A stretch of 32,000 nucleotides of DNA, from NCBI GenBank assembly GCA_008080745.1, contig SHMX01000006.1, positions 90,001-122,000 of the forward strand, given 5' to 3'. A model generated the notes under the pieces. It was not told the DNA's origin and did not search any database. It saw only the letters and a list, made by a program, of their open reading frames with translations. Positions 1 to 9,068 of this stretch are shown piece by piece. This DNA comes from Candidatus Thorarchaeota archaeon. Its GTDB lineage: Archaea; Asgardarchaeota; Thorarchaeia; Thorarchaeales; Thorarchaeaceae. The number at the start of each line of letters is the position of its first letter. The first letter of the stretch is position 1. The position numbers and the translations under genes are program-made.

Positions 1-2
1 TA

Positions 3-617
3 TTCTGGACAGACCATCCAGATGATGGTCTAGTAAAAGCAAAGACAAATCTAGAGGATATGGAAATTCAAGTCACTGAGATTAGCGATTTATGGAAAGG
101 AGTAGAACTATCTTGGACTGCAGAAGTTCAGAAATTCCTACGAGGATTAGATTTCAAAATACAATATCTCACTGCTCCCGGATGTCCAATGATTATTATC
201 TCATCCACAATTAACAATGACACTTCAGCACCCTTCACACTAAGCCCCTCTTTTTTCATTGATAATGCATTCAATGGAGACCTATCCAATATGGTTATTG
301 AATCAGTCTTCGGTCATAAGAGAAGTACATCTAGAGTAGGAGATATTCCGATTTCATACATATCTGAAAATAATATCATATGGACCCGAAAGGAAGATTC
401 TCAAAAGACTCCTGAGGGATTAGGACTGATGATTCCATACGAGCAAAAGAAGGGTCTGTTTATTGGTATTCAAGGATTGGTCCTGACTGGTTTCACTGAA
501 CGAAAAATATACCTTAAGCCAGGAGAGAAGAAGAATATCATCTTTGCGCTTCTTGTAGATCCGCCTAGTCTAGAGTTAATGGAGAAACTGAGAGGTCTTA
601 TTTTAGGCCTGCTTTAG
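3..617 (+). CDS. C-terminal part of a hypothetical protein, 5'-truncated by the window edge
   Basis: Frame is open from base 3 (FWTDHPDDGLVKAKTNLED precedes the Met at 60) to TAG at 615-617. Beta-rich sequence with no recognisable motif. Confidence 0.7.
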   Translation, partial: FWTDHPDDGLVKAKTNLEDMEIQVTEISDLWKGVELSWTAEVQKFLRGLDFKIQYLTAPGCPMIIISSTINNDTSAPFTLSPSFFIDNAFNGDLSNMVIESVFGHKRSTSRVGDIPISYISENNIIWTRKEDSQKTPEGLGLMIPYEQKKGLFIGIQGLVLTGFTERKIYLKPGEKKNIIFALLVDPPSLELMEKLRGLILGLL

Positions 618-624
618 ACTATAA

Positions 625-649
625 GGACCGGGCTTGATTCACCCGGTCC
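625..649. terminator. GC-rich hairpin between convergent genes, probable terminator
   Basis: GGACCGGG (625-632) and CCCGGTCC (642-649) form a perfect 8-bp stem with a 9-nt loop, followed by ACCATTTTT. It lies between stops at 617 (+) and 657 (-). Confidence 0.6.
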
Positions 650-656
650 ACCATTT

Positions 657-1652
657 TTATCTCGGTTTTATGTGACCGCCCCATTCAACCATATCTTCTA
701 TGGTTTCTTTGCGATCCCATTTTGACTCGAATCCAAGTTCTTCTTTGATTTTTGTATCATCGACAATATAATTAGAACCTAACATTTTTACTCGAAATGA
801 AGTGATTAGTGGTGGTTCTGGTCTGAGAAAGGCTCTGTATAGCCCTCCAACTAATGCGCCTAGTCCTACAGCTACCTTGTACGGAATACTTCGGAAATCC
901 TTCGCAACCCCCAGCTCATCAGCCACCATTTCAGCAAATTCCCGCATCTCGGTTGTAAATGAAACCACATTGTACGCGTTTCCATTTGCTATATCCATCT
1001 TTTCTGCTGCTAATACTAGCGCTCTGGCAACATCCTCTCCATGTACAATACTTTGTTTATTCTTTCCTCCACTAAATACGGTATAATCTCCGGATTTCAT
1101 TAATTTGAGAATATTAGGACCAGTGTACATATCACCGTAACCAAGTACTATGGGAGGTCTAATTGCTGTAGCATTGAAATTGTGTTCTTCTGAATACTTC
1201 CAGACAATTCTTTCAGCTTCCAATTTCGATTTCTGATAGGCATTAGCAGGTTTGTAAGGAAAATCTTCATGCATTGGTTCTTCTGAATTTGGAAAGCCGT
1301 ATAATGCTGTAGAAGAAGTGTAGATCAGATTGGAGATGCCTTTCTCAACAAGAACATCCAGAACATTTCTTGTACCCTCGACATTTACCGGCCAGAAATG
1401 CTGTTTGCCGCCCCAGTCAGACATAATTGCTGCGTTATGGAAAAACCATTCAATATCATTGGGGATTGCATCACGTAGACTACCAGTATCTGTTATATCA
1501 CCAATAACAGTAGATACCTCAACATCATCCAGTAAAGACATGTTCGAGGTTTTTCTTACAAGAACAATCACATCATGTCCTTTTTGAATCAGAGTTCGAA
1601 CAATGTGGTTACCAATAAAACCCGTTCCACCAGTTACAAAGCATCGAGTCAT
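657..1652 (-). CDS. NAD-dependent epimerase/dehydratase (extended SDR, 3-beta-HSD-like)
   Basis: FVTGGTGFIG Rossmann motif, HNAA, catalytic Ser in YTSS, and YxxxK (YQKSK). Probable start is ATG at 1652 (MTRCF); the 72-aa upstream extension overlaps the divergent gene. Confidence 0.9.
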   Translation of the reverse strand: MTRCFVTGGTGFIGNHIVRTLIQKGHDVIVLVRKTSNMSLLDDVEVSTVIGDITDTGSLRDAIPNDIEWFFHNAAIMSDWGGKQHFWPVNVEGTRNVLDVLVEKGISNLIYTSSTALYGFPNSEEPMHEDFPYKPANAYQKSKLEAERIVWKYSEEHNFNATAIRPPIVLGYGDMYTGPNILKLMKSGDYTVFSGGKNKQSIVHGEDVARALVLAAEKMDIANGNAYNVVSFTTEMREFAEMVADELGVAKDFRSIPYKVAVGLGALVGGLYRAFLRPEPPLITSFRVKMLGSNYIVDDTKIKEELGFESKWDRKETIEDMVEWGGHIKPR

Positions 1653-1782
1653 CCTTACATCAAATATCTTGATGATATTCTGCTGTTTTAATCTTCCGAA
1701 GAATCTTGATTGTGTGTTTCTATGAACAAAAGATACTATTAAGAAGTGAAAAATTAGTATGTAAGAACTGGAGTTTAGGAGA

Positions 1783-2451
1783 TTGAAGAAAGTAATCTTA
1801 CTCTTCATCTGCATATTGATGATTTCAGATACGACTAACATAGTAGATGTAAAAAAATCAATGCTCACTCCAGAATCAAGCGTGTTACACTCACAAACGG
1901 AAGAAGGGTTTCAACTTCATAATCCAATCAACATTCATTCGGATCAAGAACTAGCAGAGGCCGGATACCCAGGAGAGGGAACTAAAGAATCACCATATAT
2001 CATTGAAGAGTTTAAAATCAATAGCGATGAAACGTGTATTTCCATTGAGGAAACTCGTAAGCACCTTATCATAAGAAATTGCATTTTAGTATCTGAAAAT
2101 GAAATAGATATCACACCGATTATCAATTTCGTAGACGTTGAAAATGTCAATATTCTAAATTGTACATTTAAAGGTAAACTAGTTTATCTTGAAATCACTC
2201 GTAGTATGAATGGAGCTATTGAAAATTCATCAATGCTAGGGGAAACAAATTCCATTCAGATTCATCATTCATCTGTATATACTATATCAAACAACTTCTA
2301 TCCAGAAACTAGTGCTGGAATAATCAACCTATATGATTCAGATAACATAGAAATTAGGGATCATTATGAAAATGGTCCAACATATATATCTGGTTCTGAT
2401 TCAAGTTATTGCACTATTAGAAATAACATTCTTTTCAAAAAGGATGTTTAA
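1783..2451 (+). CDS. Secreted NosD/CASH-like right-handed beta-helix protein, short or truncated
   Basis: TTG start and signal-like KKVILLFICILMIS. Cap motif HNPINIHSDQEL..GYPGEGTKESPYIIE is shared with the 7141 gene. I-x-N-C/N-x-I repeats. No C-terminal anchor. Confidence 0.7.
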   Translation: MKKVILLFICILMISDTTNIVDVKKSMLTPESSVLHSQTEEGFQLHNPINIHSDQELAEAGYPGEGTKESPYIIEEFKINSDETCISIEETRKHLIIRNCILVSENEIDITPIINFVDVENVNILNCTFKGKLVYLEITRSMNGAIENSSMLGETNSIQIHHSSVYTISNNFYPETSAGIINLYDSDNIEIRDHYENGPTYISGSDSSYCTIRNNILFKKDV

Positions 2452-2707
2452 TAATTATTCATTTCTACAGTATAGAAACGTGATAATGCTGCTATTATCC
2501 TGTTTTCCTCTAGATATGCTCTACCAGCTCTAAGTATTTCTTCCATATTATTTGATCCGAGTTTTGAGCAATATCGAGTATAGCATTTAATATGATATGA
2601 AATTCAGCTTCTGTATTTGCCAACCTTTCAATAGTAATATTGGTAATCTCATCATCTCTCGAAATTGACCGTGGTCTTGATGATGAGGAATATACTCGGG
2701 TAGGAGG
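2448..2707 (-). pseudogene. Possible C-terminal tail of the disrupted receptor gene, after an in-frame TAA and with one frameshift
   Basis: Frame stays open for 65 codons after the TAA at 2708 (PPTRVYSSSSRPRSISRDDEITNITIERLANTEAEFHIILNAILDIAQ...). Adding one A in the A4 run (2562-2565) gives KLGSNNMEEILRAGRAYLEENRIIAALSRFYTVEMNNY*, whose stop overlaps the stop of the opposite gene (TTAA, 2448-2451). Confidence 0.35.
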
Positions 2708-4618
2708 TTAGTAATGTACTAGTTTATCAGGTTTGAAATGCTCCCCACAATTTGGACAATTAACTTTTCCAAACATATCCTGTTGTGAAACATGATATGC
2801 TGAAGTTGTCCAACATTTTGGGCATATGACACCACCAGGTTTTTCTAATGATTTCTTAGGACCTGTACATAATACATTGAGATAGATTATGATTCCAATT
2901 ATTGCAATAATTAAGCCAATAATTCCACTTAGAAAGATTCCAATCAAAACACCAACTGTAATAACTCCTCTTGCTGCATCTATGTTTTCACTTTCTTTCC
3001 TTGATGAGAACTCTTGTGTAGGAGTATATTGGGGTATCTTACGGGGTCTATCTTCTACCATTTTACTCGGAAACTCTTGAGTTCTAGGTACAGCTTTTCG
3101 AGTAACAGGTTTTGATTCTTTAGGACGGGAGTATCTTCTAATAATTGTATCAACCTGTTGTTCATCAAGATTAGAATCAGATTTTAGACTCGATAATGTT
3201 CTTTCTCTATCTTCCTGTAAACTTTTCCTGAAATCTGAAATCCATTTACTACTAATAATCAAATCAGCTGACACAATTATTTGAATCTCATCAAATCGTT
3301 TGTATTGAAGTGCCCTAACTAAATCGTCAAGAGGTATCTCTAACCTTTCAGCCTCATCAGAAAGAAAAATGATATTGAGATTTTGAGCACGTTGGATTAT
3401 TTCCTGAAATTTTTTATCAACAGTTCTAATTGTATCATCTTCCGTTTTTAATATTGTCAATCTACTTGAAGCAAGAAGTTCTGTAAGAATATGACTTGGA
3501 AGATGAAAAACTTGTTCTAATTCACTCATAGTAGTATATTCTTGAGAAAGAAGGTACTCACTGACCTTATCAACTAGAATTTTTCTTCTGTAGCACTGGT
3601 AATCATCTGTGAAGATAAGGTCTGGCTCAGAGCCATCAGCTATTTGTTTAATTTTGTCGGAAGATACTCCACTTAATTTTGATAGTTTTTGTATGTCGAG
3701 ATGTCCATTTTCATTCAAAGAAGTTCCAATTTTTTCACTAAGCCATAGAAATGAAACAGCAAATTCACCATCTTGTGAAAGAATGACAATCGGTGAATCT
3801 TCCACAATTTTTCGAGTCTCTTGATCTGATTTTCCAAGAATCATCCTCAAATCAATTATCGAAACAATGTCGTTATCCTCCATTGCTTTTTCTAACGTGG
3901 ATTTTATCTTCCTTCGAGATAGAACCATTACAGCTCCAATCACTCCAATTAGCATCACTGCGGAAACACCACCGTAGATTGATACTGTCAAAACAGCTAA
4001 TCCGTTATCACGCTCAATTGTGATGGAAACGGTGTCTGAAAATTCTCTACCAAGTATATCGATAACGACTATTCTATATTCATAGATTCCAGGTGTATAA
4101 TCATTAATCTCAACAACTACATCATTGTTCCAATTCGTTCTCTTGTCAATTAGCTCATCATTCCTGAAAACCTCATAGGAAAAAGGATAATTGGAATTAA
4201 TAGTCCATTTAATGGTTTGATTTGTTGCGGTATCAAGAATTGTAGAATTGGATGCTGAAAATATGGAGAGACTACCAGTATAGACAAAAATCTCCACAGT
4301 CGAACTCCAATCACTCTTAAAGGTCAAGTCATCAACTGAACGAATCCGAACATAATACGTCCCATCTGCTAATTCTGTAAAAGTGTGATTCGTGCACGAG
4401 GTAGTGATTGAAGTTGAGTCGATAAAGTCATCTTCTTCATCAAATTCAAGCTGATATTCAATTACCGAACCATCTGGGTCTGAACATTCCAACCAAGTAA
4501 TTACAACATCCCTAGTTGAGCTCCGAATATAATCCGATGAAGGGACGGGAACCTCAGGTAAATCATTCTCTGGAAGGGCAACTACAAAAGAAGAAGTAAC
4601 ACTCCAAGAACTTGAGAT
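2708..4618 (-). pseudogene. 3' fragment of a disrupted membrane receptor: FN3-like, Ig-like, TM, tandem winged-helix repeats, TM hairpin, CxxC..CxxC Zn ribbon
   Basis: ORF 2708..4492 is open upstream to about 4618 (ISSSWSVTSSFVVALPENDLPEVPVP...VVITWLECSDPDG). GTYYVRIRS..KSDWS FN3 signature. TM at aa 165-192. CPKC/CPNC. Confidence 0.75.
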
Positions 4619-5085
4619 GCATATTCATTTGTGGATTTTATCCGAGTATAATAGGTTCCATTTGTAAGACCGCTAACTTCAATTGAAGTGTTTTCTACAG
4701 TATAAGAAGTAGGATCAGGAAATGAATCAGTTGTGTCTATGTGGATTGTATAAAAATCAATTGCGGCATCAACACACGTAGATTCATTCCATTCTATTAG
4801 CATGGTAGGTGTAACTACAGGGTCGGGGAGGCTTGTGAAATGAGGTGTTGTAGGAGTGGCTGATGTGACGTTCCACTCAAATGATTGAACGTGATCAGCA
4901 CCATAATTTGTACCATCATTCTCCATTGGTGACAAATCAGGACATGTGTCTCCATCCAGAGAATCAAAAGAGAGATGTAAAACAAGACCATCAGTAGCCG
5001 GATCAGAATTATCCATTGTCGACTCTATCTCTTCTTGTGTTAGTACTCGATTATAGATTCTTACTTCATCGATATACCCATAAAA
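4582..5085 (-). pseudogene. Middle fragment of the same gene: end of LamG domain plus FN3-like repeat
   Basis: FYGYIDEVRIYNRVLTQEEI (in frame, 5085-5026) is the canonical end of a LamG-like jellyroll. The FN3 repeat GTYYTRIKSTNEY shifts frame at about 4620. Confidence 0.75.
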
Positions 5086-5589
5086 TTAGTCACCTGAATA
5101 AGTACTATGGGGTTTATTTCCAATACATAGAATCACATCAGAAGTCATGAAATCTCCCGGTGTTGATGCGGATACCTGAAGTTCACCATTGTAAAATATC
5201 TCAGTATCAGTACGATCGAAAGTCCCCACAACATGGACCCACTCATTTGCAGGAGGTAGTGGGGTTTCAGCATGCCCATTTGTCGAGGCACCAAATTCCA
5301 TATTGCCTTCATCAATGAACCGATAGGATTTTTCTAGTATCCGTCGATTTCCAGCCCAATCAGTAGCTTTGATCCAGGCCATTGCAGTTATCTCTTCAGT
5401 TGGGTTTAATGATGAATCGTCTTGAACCACAACCTCATCTGAACCATCAAAGTACAACGCCATATTCGTTTCTTGACTAGTATTGAAATCTTTGATGAAT
5501 TGCTTTTCTCCAAATGATTGCTGATGCATTATTGGAAAAATCGAACTCATTACAAGTATTGTTATGACCAAAATCCTTCCTTTCATCAT
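5086..5589 (-). pseudogene. 5' fragment of the same gene: signal peptide plus LamG-like jellyroll, ending at a premature TAA
   Basis: Signal-like KGRILVITILVMSSIF. ALYFDG, ITAMAWIK, EWVHVVGTFD and IFYNGEL are LamG motifs. TAA at 5086-5088 interrupts GD*FYGYIDEVRIY. Confidence 0.8.
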
Positions 5590-5988
5590 ATATCCCTGAA
5601 AATATCAAGGTAGAAGAAAAGGATAAGTTATGTCTTTGCTAAATATAACATATTGATAGAAAATCAATTACAAAAACATACCAAAGTTGGATAGATAGAA
5701 GTCATAGATTTCGCAAAGTTTCTAGAATCTGTTCCAATCACGAATGATATCAAATCATTTTCCTTTTGAATTCTTTTCAAAAGCAACAAGGAGTAATTTC
5801 TGATATTGTAATAGATTCAATTAGGTTTTCTTTAACTCCAATACATAATATAGAGCATCCTAAACCGCATATACAATAATTTGAGTTCTATAAACTCTTC
5901 TTTTACTCGGAGAAAAGAAAGAGGATAAAATACTTACTTTTTCCCATTAGATAATATCATGGTTATGAAACAAATGTAACCAATTATT

Positions 5989-6016
5989 GAATGATGAAGG
6001 ATAATTCCCATCATTC
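5989..6016. promoter_or_regulatory. Inverted repeat upstream of the winged-helix genes, candidate operator
   Basis: GAATGATG-N12-CATCATTC with inner GGA/TCC pairing, ending 33 nt before ATG 6050. Confidence 0.35.
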
Positions 6017-6049
6017 TTTCTTTAGAAAAATCTTGGTAGTGAAATTAAC

Positions 6050-6427
6050 ATGACAGAAGATACTGTAGATGGCATACTTATGAACACAATTCTTCCAGTT
6101 CTAGAAGATGTAGATGACATAAGTAAGATTGAGGAAATAATAGAAACATGTAGCAAAGATGAGGTCAAAATTTTACGTTTCCTTTTTGAAATGTTTAGAA
6201 AAGACCAAAGAAGATTCCCAATAAACCAAGCGGGGTGGAGAAACAAATATAGAATCCATTTAGGAACGGATATCTCTCAGAAGAAAATTTACTCGGAAAA
6301 TGGACCAATCGAATCTTTGATGGAATTGAATCTGCTCGAAATTCGAGATTCTCCTAATAGATGGGGAGGCCAGAAATACAACTATCGTATTCATGTAACT
6401 AAAAATATGTTATCTTATTTTGAGTAG
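6050..6427 (+). CDS. Stand-alone winged-helix protein (TrmB-like HTH pattern; GWRNKY/WGGQKY family)
   Basis: YRIHLGTDISQKKIY...IESLMELNLLE resembles an HTH, followed by wing WGGQKYNYRI. Clear paralogy with 6499..7101 and with the C-terminus of 9069..11207. Confidence 0.75.
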   Translation: MTEDTVDGILMNTILPVLEDVDDISKIEEIIETCSKDEVKILRFLFEMFRKDQRRFPINQAGWRNKYRIHLGTDISQKKIYSENGPIESLMELNLLEIRDSPNRWGGQKYNYRIHVTKNMLSYFE

Positions 6428-6498
6428 GTAGATCTGATTGAATAATATTCCAATTAACAAAAATCCTATTAGTCTTAGTTCAGAGTACAGTAATTGGT

Positions 6499-7101
6499 AT
6501 GGAACAAATTCGTCAAATTGGCAACTCAACTCTTTCCAAAGAGTATTATCCGAATCCAGAAAACAAGAGAACAGTGAATATCTTATTGGAAGTTTCCATG
6601 CCGATTATCATGTTCTCGATTCTTTCTCTCGGTATTTCAATCATAATGCTACTTTATGCAGTTCTTATGATGCGAGGTGTTTTCGGTGCAAAATCTCGGA
6701 GTGATGAAGCTTTGAACCGTGAGAAGATATTGATTCCGGATTCCATTGCAAGGGAAATCACTTCAGATAACATTTTGAAATTTCTAGGTTCTCTACTTAC
6801 AGAGGACGAGGTAAGAATAATAATTTCATTAGCTAAGGCGATTATCACTGATAGGGGAAATTCCATTGAAGAAAACAGAGCAGGTTTACGAAACAAATAC
6901 CAAATTAGCTCTGAATCAGGTGTAGCACAAAGATCGGTCTATGATAAAGGAGGTCCAATAGACCGTCTTGTTGAAGTAGGAATCATCACTAAGATTGAAG
7001 CTGAAAAGAAAACTGGAGGGCAGAAATACCTCTATTCTCTTAGCAAAGAGAGTTATATTATAGCTCCACTCATCGCAGTGCTTGAGAGTAATGAAGAGTA
7101 G
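6499..7101 (+). CDS. Membrane-anchored winged-helix protein of the same family
   Basis: TM segment ILLEVSMPIIMFSILSLGISIIMLLYAVLMM, then GLRNKYQISSESGVAQRSVYDKGGPIDRLVEVGII...TGGQKYLYSL. Start codon uncertain. Confidence 0.75.
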   Translation: MEQIRQIGNSTLSKEYYPNPENKRTVNILLEVSMPIIMFSILSLGISIIMLLYAVLMMRGVFGAKSRSDEALNREKILIPDSIAREITSDNILKFLGSLLTEDEVRIIISLAKAIITDRGNSIEENRAGLRNKYQISSESGVAQRSVYDKGGPIDRLVEVGIITKIEAEKKTGGQKYLYSLSKESYIIAPLIAVLESNEE

Positions 7102-7140
7102 ATGTCTTGGGAAAGCCCTTTATTATGTAGGAGGATTATC

Positions 7141-9057
7141 ATGAAAACTACAAAGCTATTCAATATAGTCATTTGTTCTTTGTTGCTAGTTTTCATTTTA
7201 TATTCGGTTCCAAGACCCATTTCGCATCAAGCCAATTCATCATCAATTGCGATTTTACACAATTCTTCGGAGCCGATTACTATTAGAAATGAATCTGATC
7301 TGGTAGGTATGGATTTACCTGGAGGGGGTACACAAAGTAACCCGTTCTATATCGAAAATCTCCATATCCAAGCTTTCAATACATCTGCTCTATCCATTTC
7401 AGAAATAGAAAACTACTACGTAGTTATCAGAAACTGCATCTTCGAGTCAGTCACTGGTTTCCAATTCGTTTTGAATATAACACATGTTTTGAACTTGAGT
7501 ATCGACAATTGTTCATTACGATGTAATCAAGCACCTGCAATGAATGTAACAGATTGTATTAATCTCGAAATAACAAATAGTAAAATAGATGGAGCAGGAG
7601 CTATGTTTTGGTTTTGTACCAATCTCGAGCTTATCAAAAATGAGATTGGCGATTTATTTTCCTCATCTGCAACATACGCATCAATTAAATCATTAGCATT
7701 AGTATTCTCGGTTCATATGGAAAATTGTACTTCTGTGAGATTCGTTGACAACTGGATTCACAACACTCCAACTCATGGATTGTTCGTTCGTTATAGTAAT
7801 TCTATCAATGCTTCAGGAAACATCATTGAATCTCTAGCATCATGGTCGTTTTATTTTTCAAGAAGTCATGATATTGCGGTTTATGAAAATGCAATTTATG
7901 ATACTGATTGGGTACCCATTCGTTTCTACAAATCTCATAACTGTGAAGTTATCAATAACGATATCCAGAGAAGTGGAGAATGGGGAATTTATCTTGTGGA
8001 AGTGAATCAGACGAAAGTTATCCAAAATCATATCGCAAATAGTCATTTTACGGCGATAGCAATAGAAAATTCGAGTAACTGTGAAATTCTTGATAATACA
8101 ATTCGAGATGTAGAATCGAACGGTATTTCTATTGAAGATTCAAATCATCAAAAGATAGTGAATAATTCAGTAATTACTACCATGCATAATGGAATTCATG
8201 TAAGGTATTCTAGTGAGATAATTCTTAGTGAATGTTTTGTTAAAGGTTCATTATATGATGGAATAGTCTTCGACATGATAACTAATGGTAACATTTCAGA
8301 TTGTTATATAGTTGAATGTTTGAGAGAAGGTATCTTCTTCTATCAGACAAATTCGAGTGTTATTCATAAAACATGGAGTGTGGATAATTCATTTTCAGGT
8401 ATTCGATTAATACTAAGCAATAACATATCAATAACAAATAACTCGTTGTGCCGAAACGATGAATTTGGGATATCGCTATCAGAAACAGAATCATCGAAAA
8501 TATGCTACAATAGAATTGGACTCAACCATCAAAGAGCCTTCGACGATGTCGGAAACAATCAATGGAATTGCACAGATTTTGGAAATCTATGGTATGCATT
8601 CAATGGTCTTAACGATTCATCAACTTCAATTTTGGGATCCTCTAAGGCTTACGATTTTCATGCATATCGATGGTCTAGAACTATTCCCAACATCACATCA
8701 ATATCTCCGAGCCATATAATCAAACAAGACTTGGAAATCTTTGTCTTCGAGTTAGAATCACCAAATCTAGAATGGTATAAAATTTATGTAGACTCTGATG
8801 AAACAGTTTCACGTTGGGGACCAGCTACGACAATACGAACAACTTTGAATCTAAGTGTTGGAACGCATAACATAACGATCTGGGTTATCAACGCATTTGG
8901 AGAAACTAACTCAGTGTCACAGATAATTACCATTCATCCTGCTGAAACTAACATTAATGAAGAAGTCATAGTTTCAATAATCCTAATTTCAAGTGGGATT
9001 ATCCAACTTGTTGCTAGTTCTATCCTAGTTCTTGAAGTGAAAAAAATGAAAGAATGA
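7141..9057 (+). CDS. Surface protein: signal peptide, NosD/CASH beta-helix, Ig-like domain, C-terminal TM anchor
   Basis: AGGAGG at 7129-7134 supports ATG 7141. Cap motif PITIRNESDL..DLPGGGTQSNPFYIE. About 22-aa I-x-x-N-x-I repeats with GI-x-L. DDVGNNQWN..GNLW. TM VIVSIILISSGIIQLVASSILVL followed by a basic tail. Confidence 0.85.
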   Translation: MKTTKLFNIVICSLLLVFILYSVPRPISHQANSSSIAILHNSSEPITIRNESDLVGMDLPGGGTQSNPFYIENLHIQAFNTSALSISEIENYYVVIRNCIFESVTGFQFVLNITHVLNLSIDNCSLRCNQAPAMNVTDCINLEITNSKIDGAGAMFWFCTNLELIKNEIGDLFSSSATYASIKSLALVFSVHMENCTSVRFVDNWIHNTPTHGLFVRYSNSINASGNIIESLASWSFYFSRSHDIAVYENAIYDTDWVPIRFYKSHNCEVINNDIQRSGEWGIYLVEVNQTKVIQNHIANSHFTAIAIENSSNCEILDNTIRDVESNGISIEDSNHQKIVNNSVITTMHNGIHVRYSSEIILSECFVKGSLYDGIVFDMITNGNISDCYIVECLREGIFFYQTNSSVIHKTWSVDNSFSGIRLILSNNISITNNSLCRNDEFGISLSETESSKICYNRIGLNHQRAFDDVGNNQWNCTDFGNLWYAFNGLNDSSTSILGSSKAYDFHAYRWSRTIPNITSISPSHIIKQDLEIFVFELESPNLEWYKIYVDSDETVSRWGPATTIRTTLNLSVGTHNITIWVINAFGETNSVSQIITIHPAETNINEEVIVSIILISSGIIQLVASSILVLEVKKMKE

Positions 9058-9068
9058 CAAAACGGTAT

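Noticed and set aside
1653-1868. N-terminal extensions given by the ORF track (SDR to 1868; likewise 7102, 23162, 27566, 29332)
   Set aside because: Family N-termini, signal peptides and RBS positions support the shorter starts 1652, 7141, 23237, 27515 and 29356.
7141-9057. True NosD of a nitrous-oxide reductase cluster, or an active pectate lyase
   Set aside because: No nos genes are nearby and no catalytic signature is recognisable. Only the beta-helix repeat pattern is supported.
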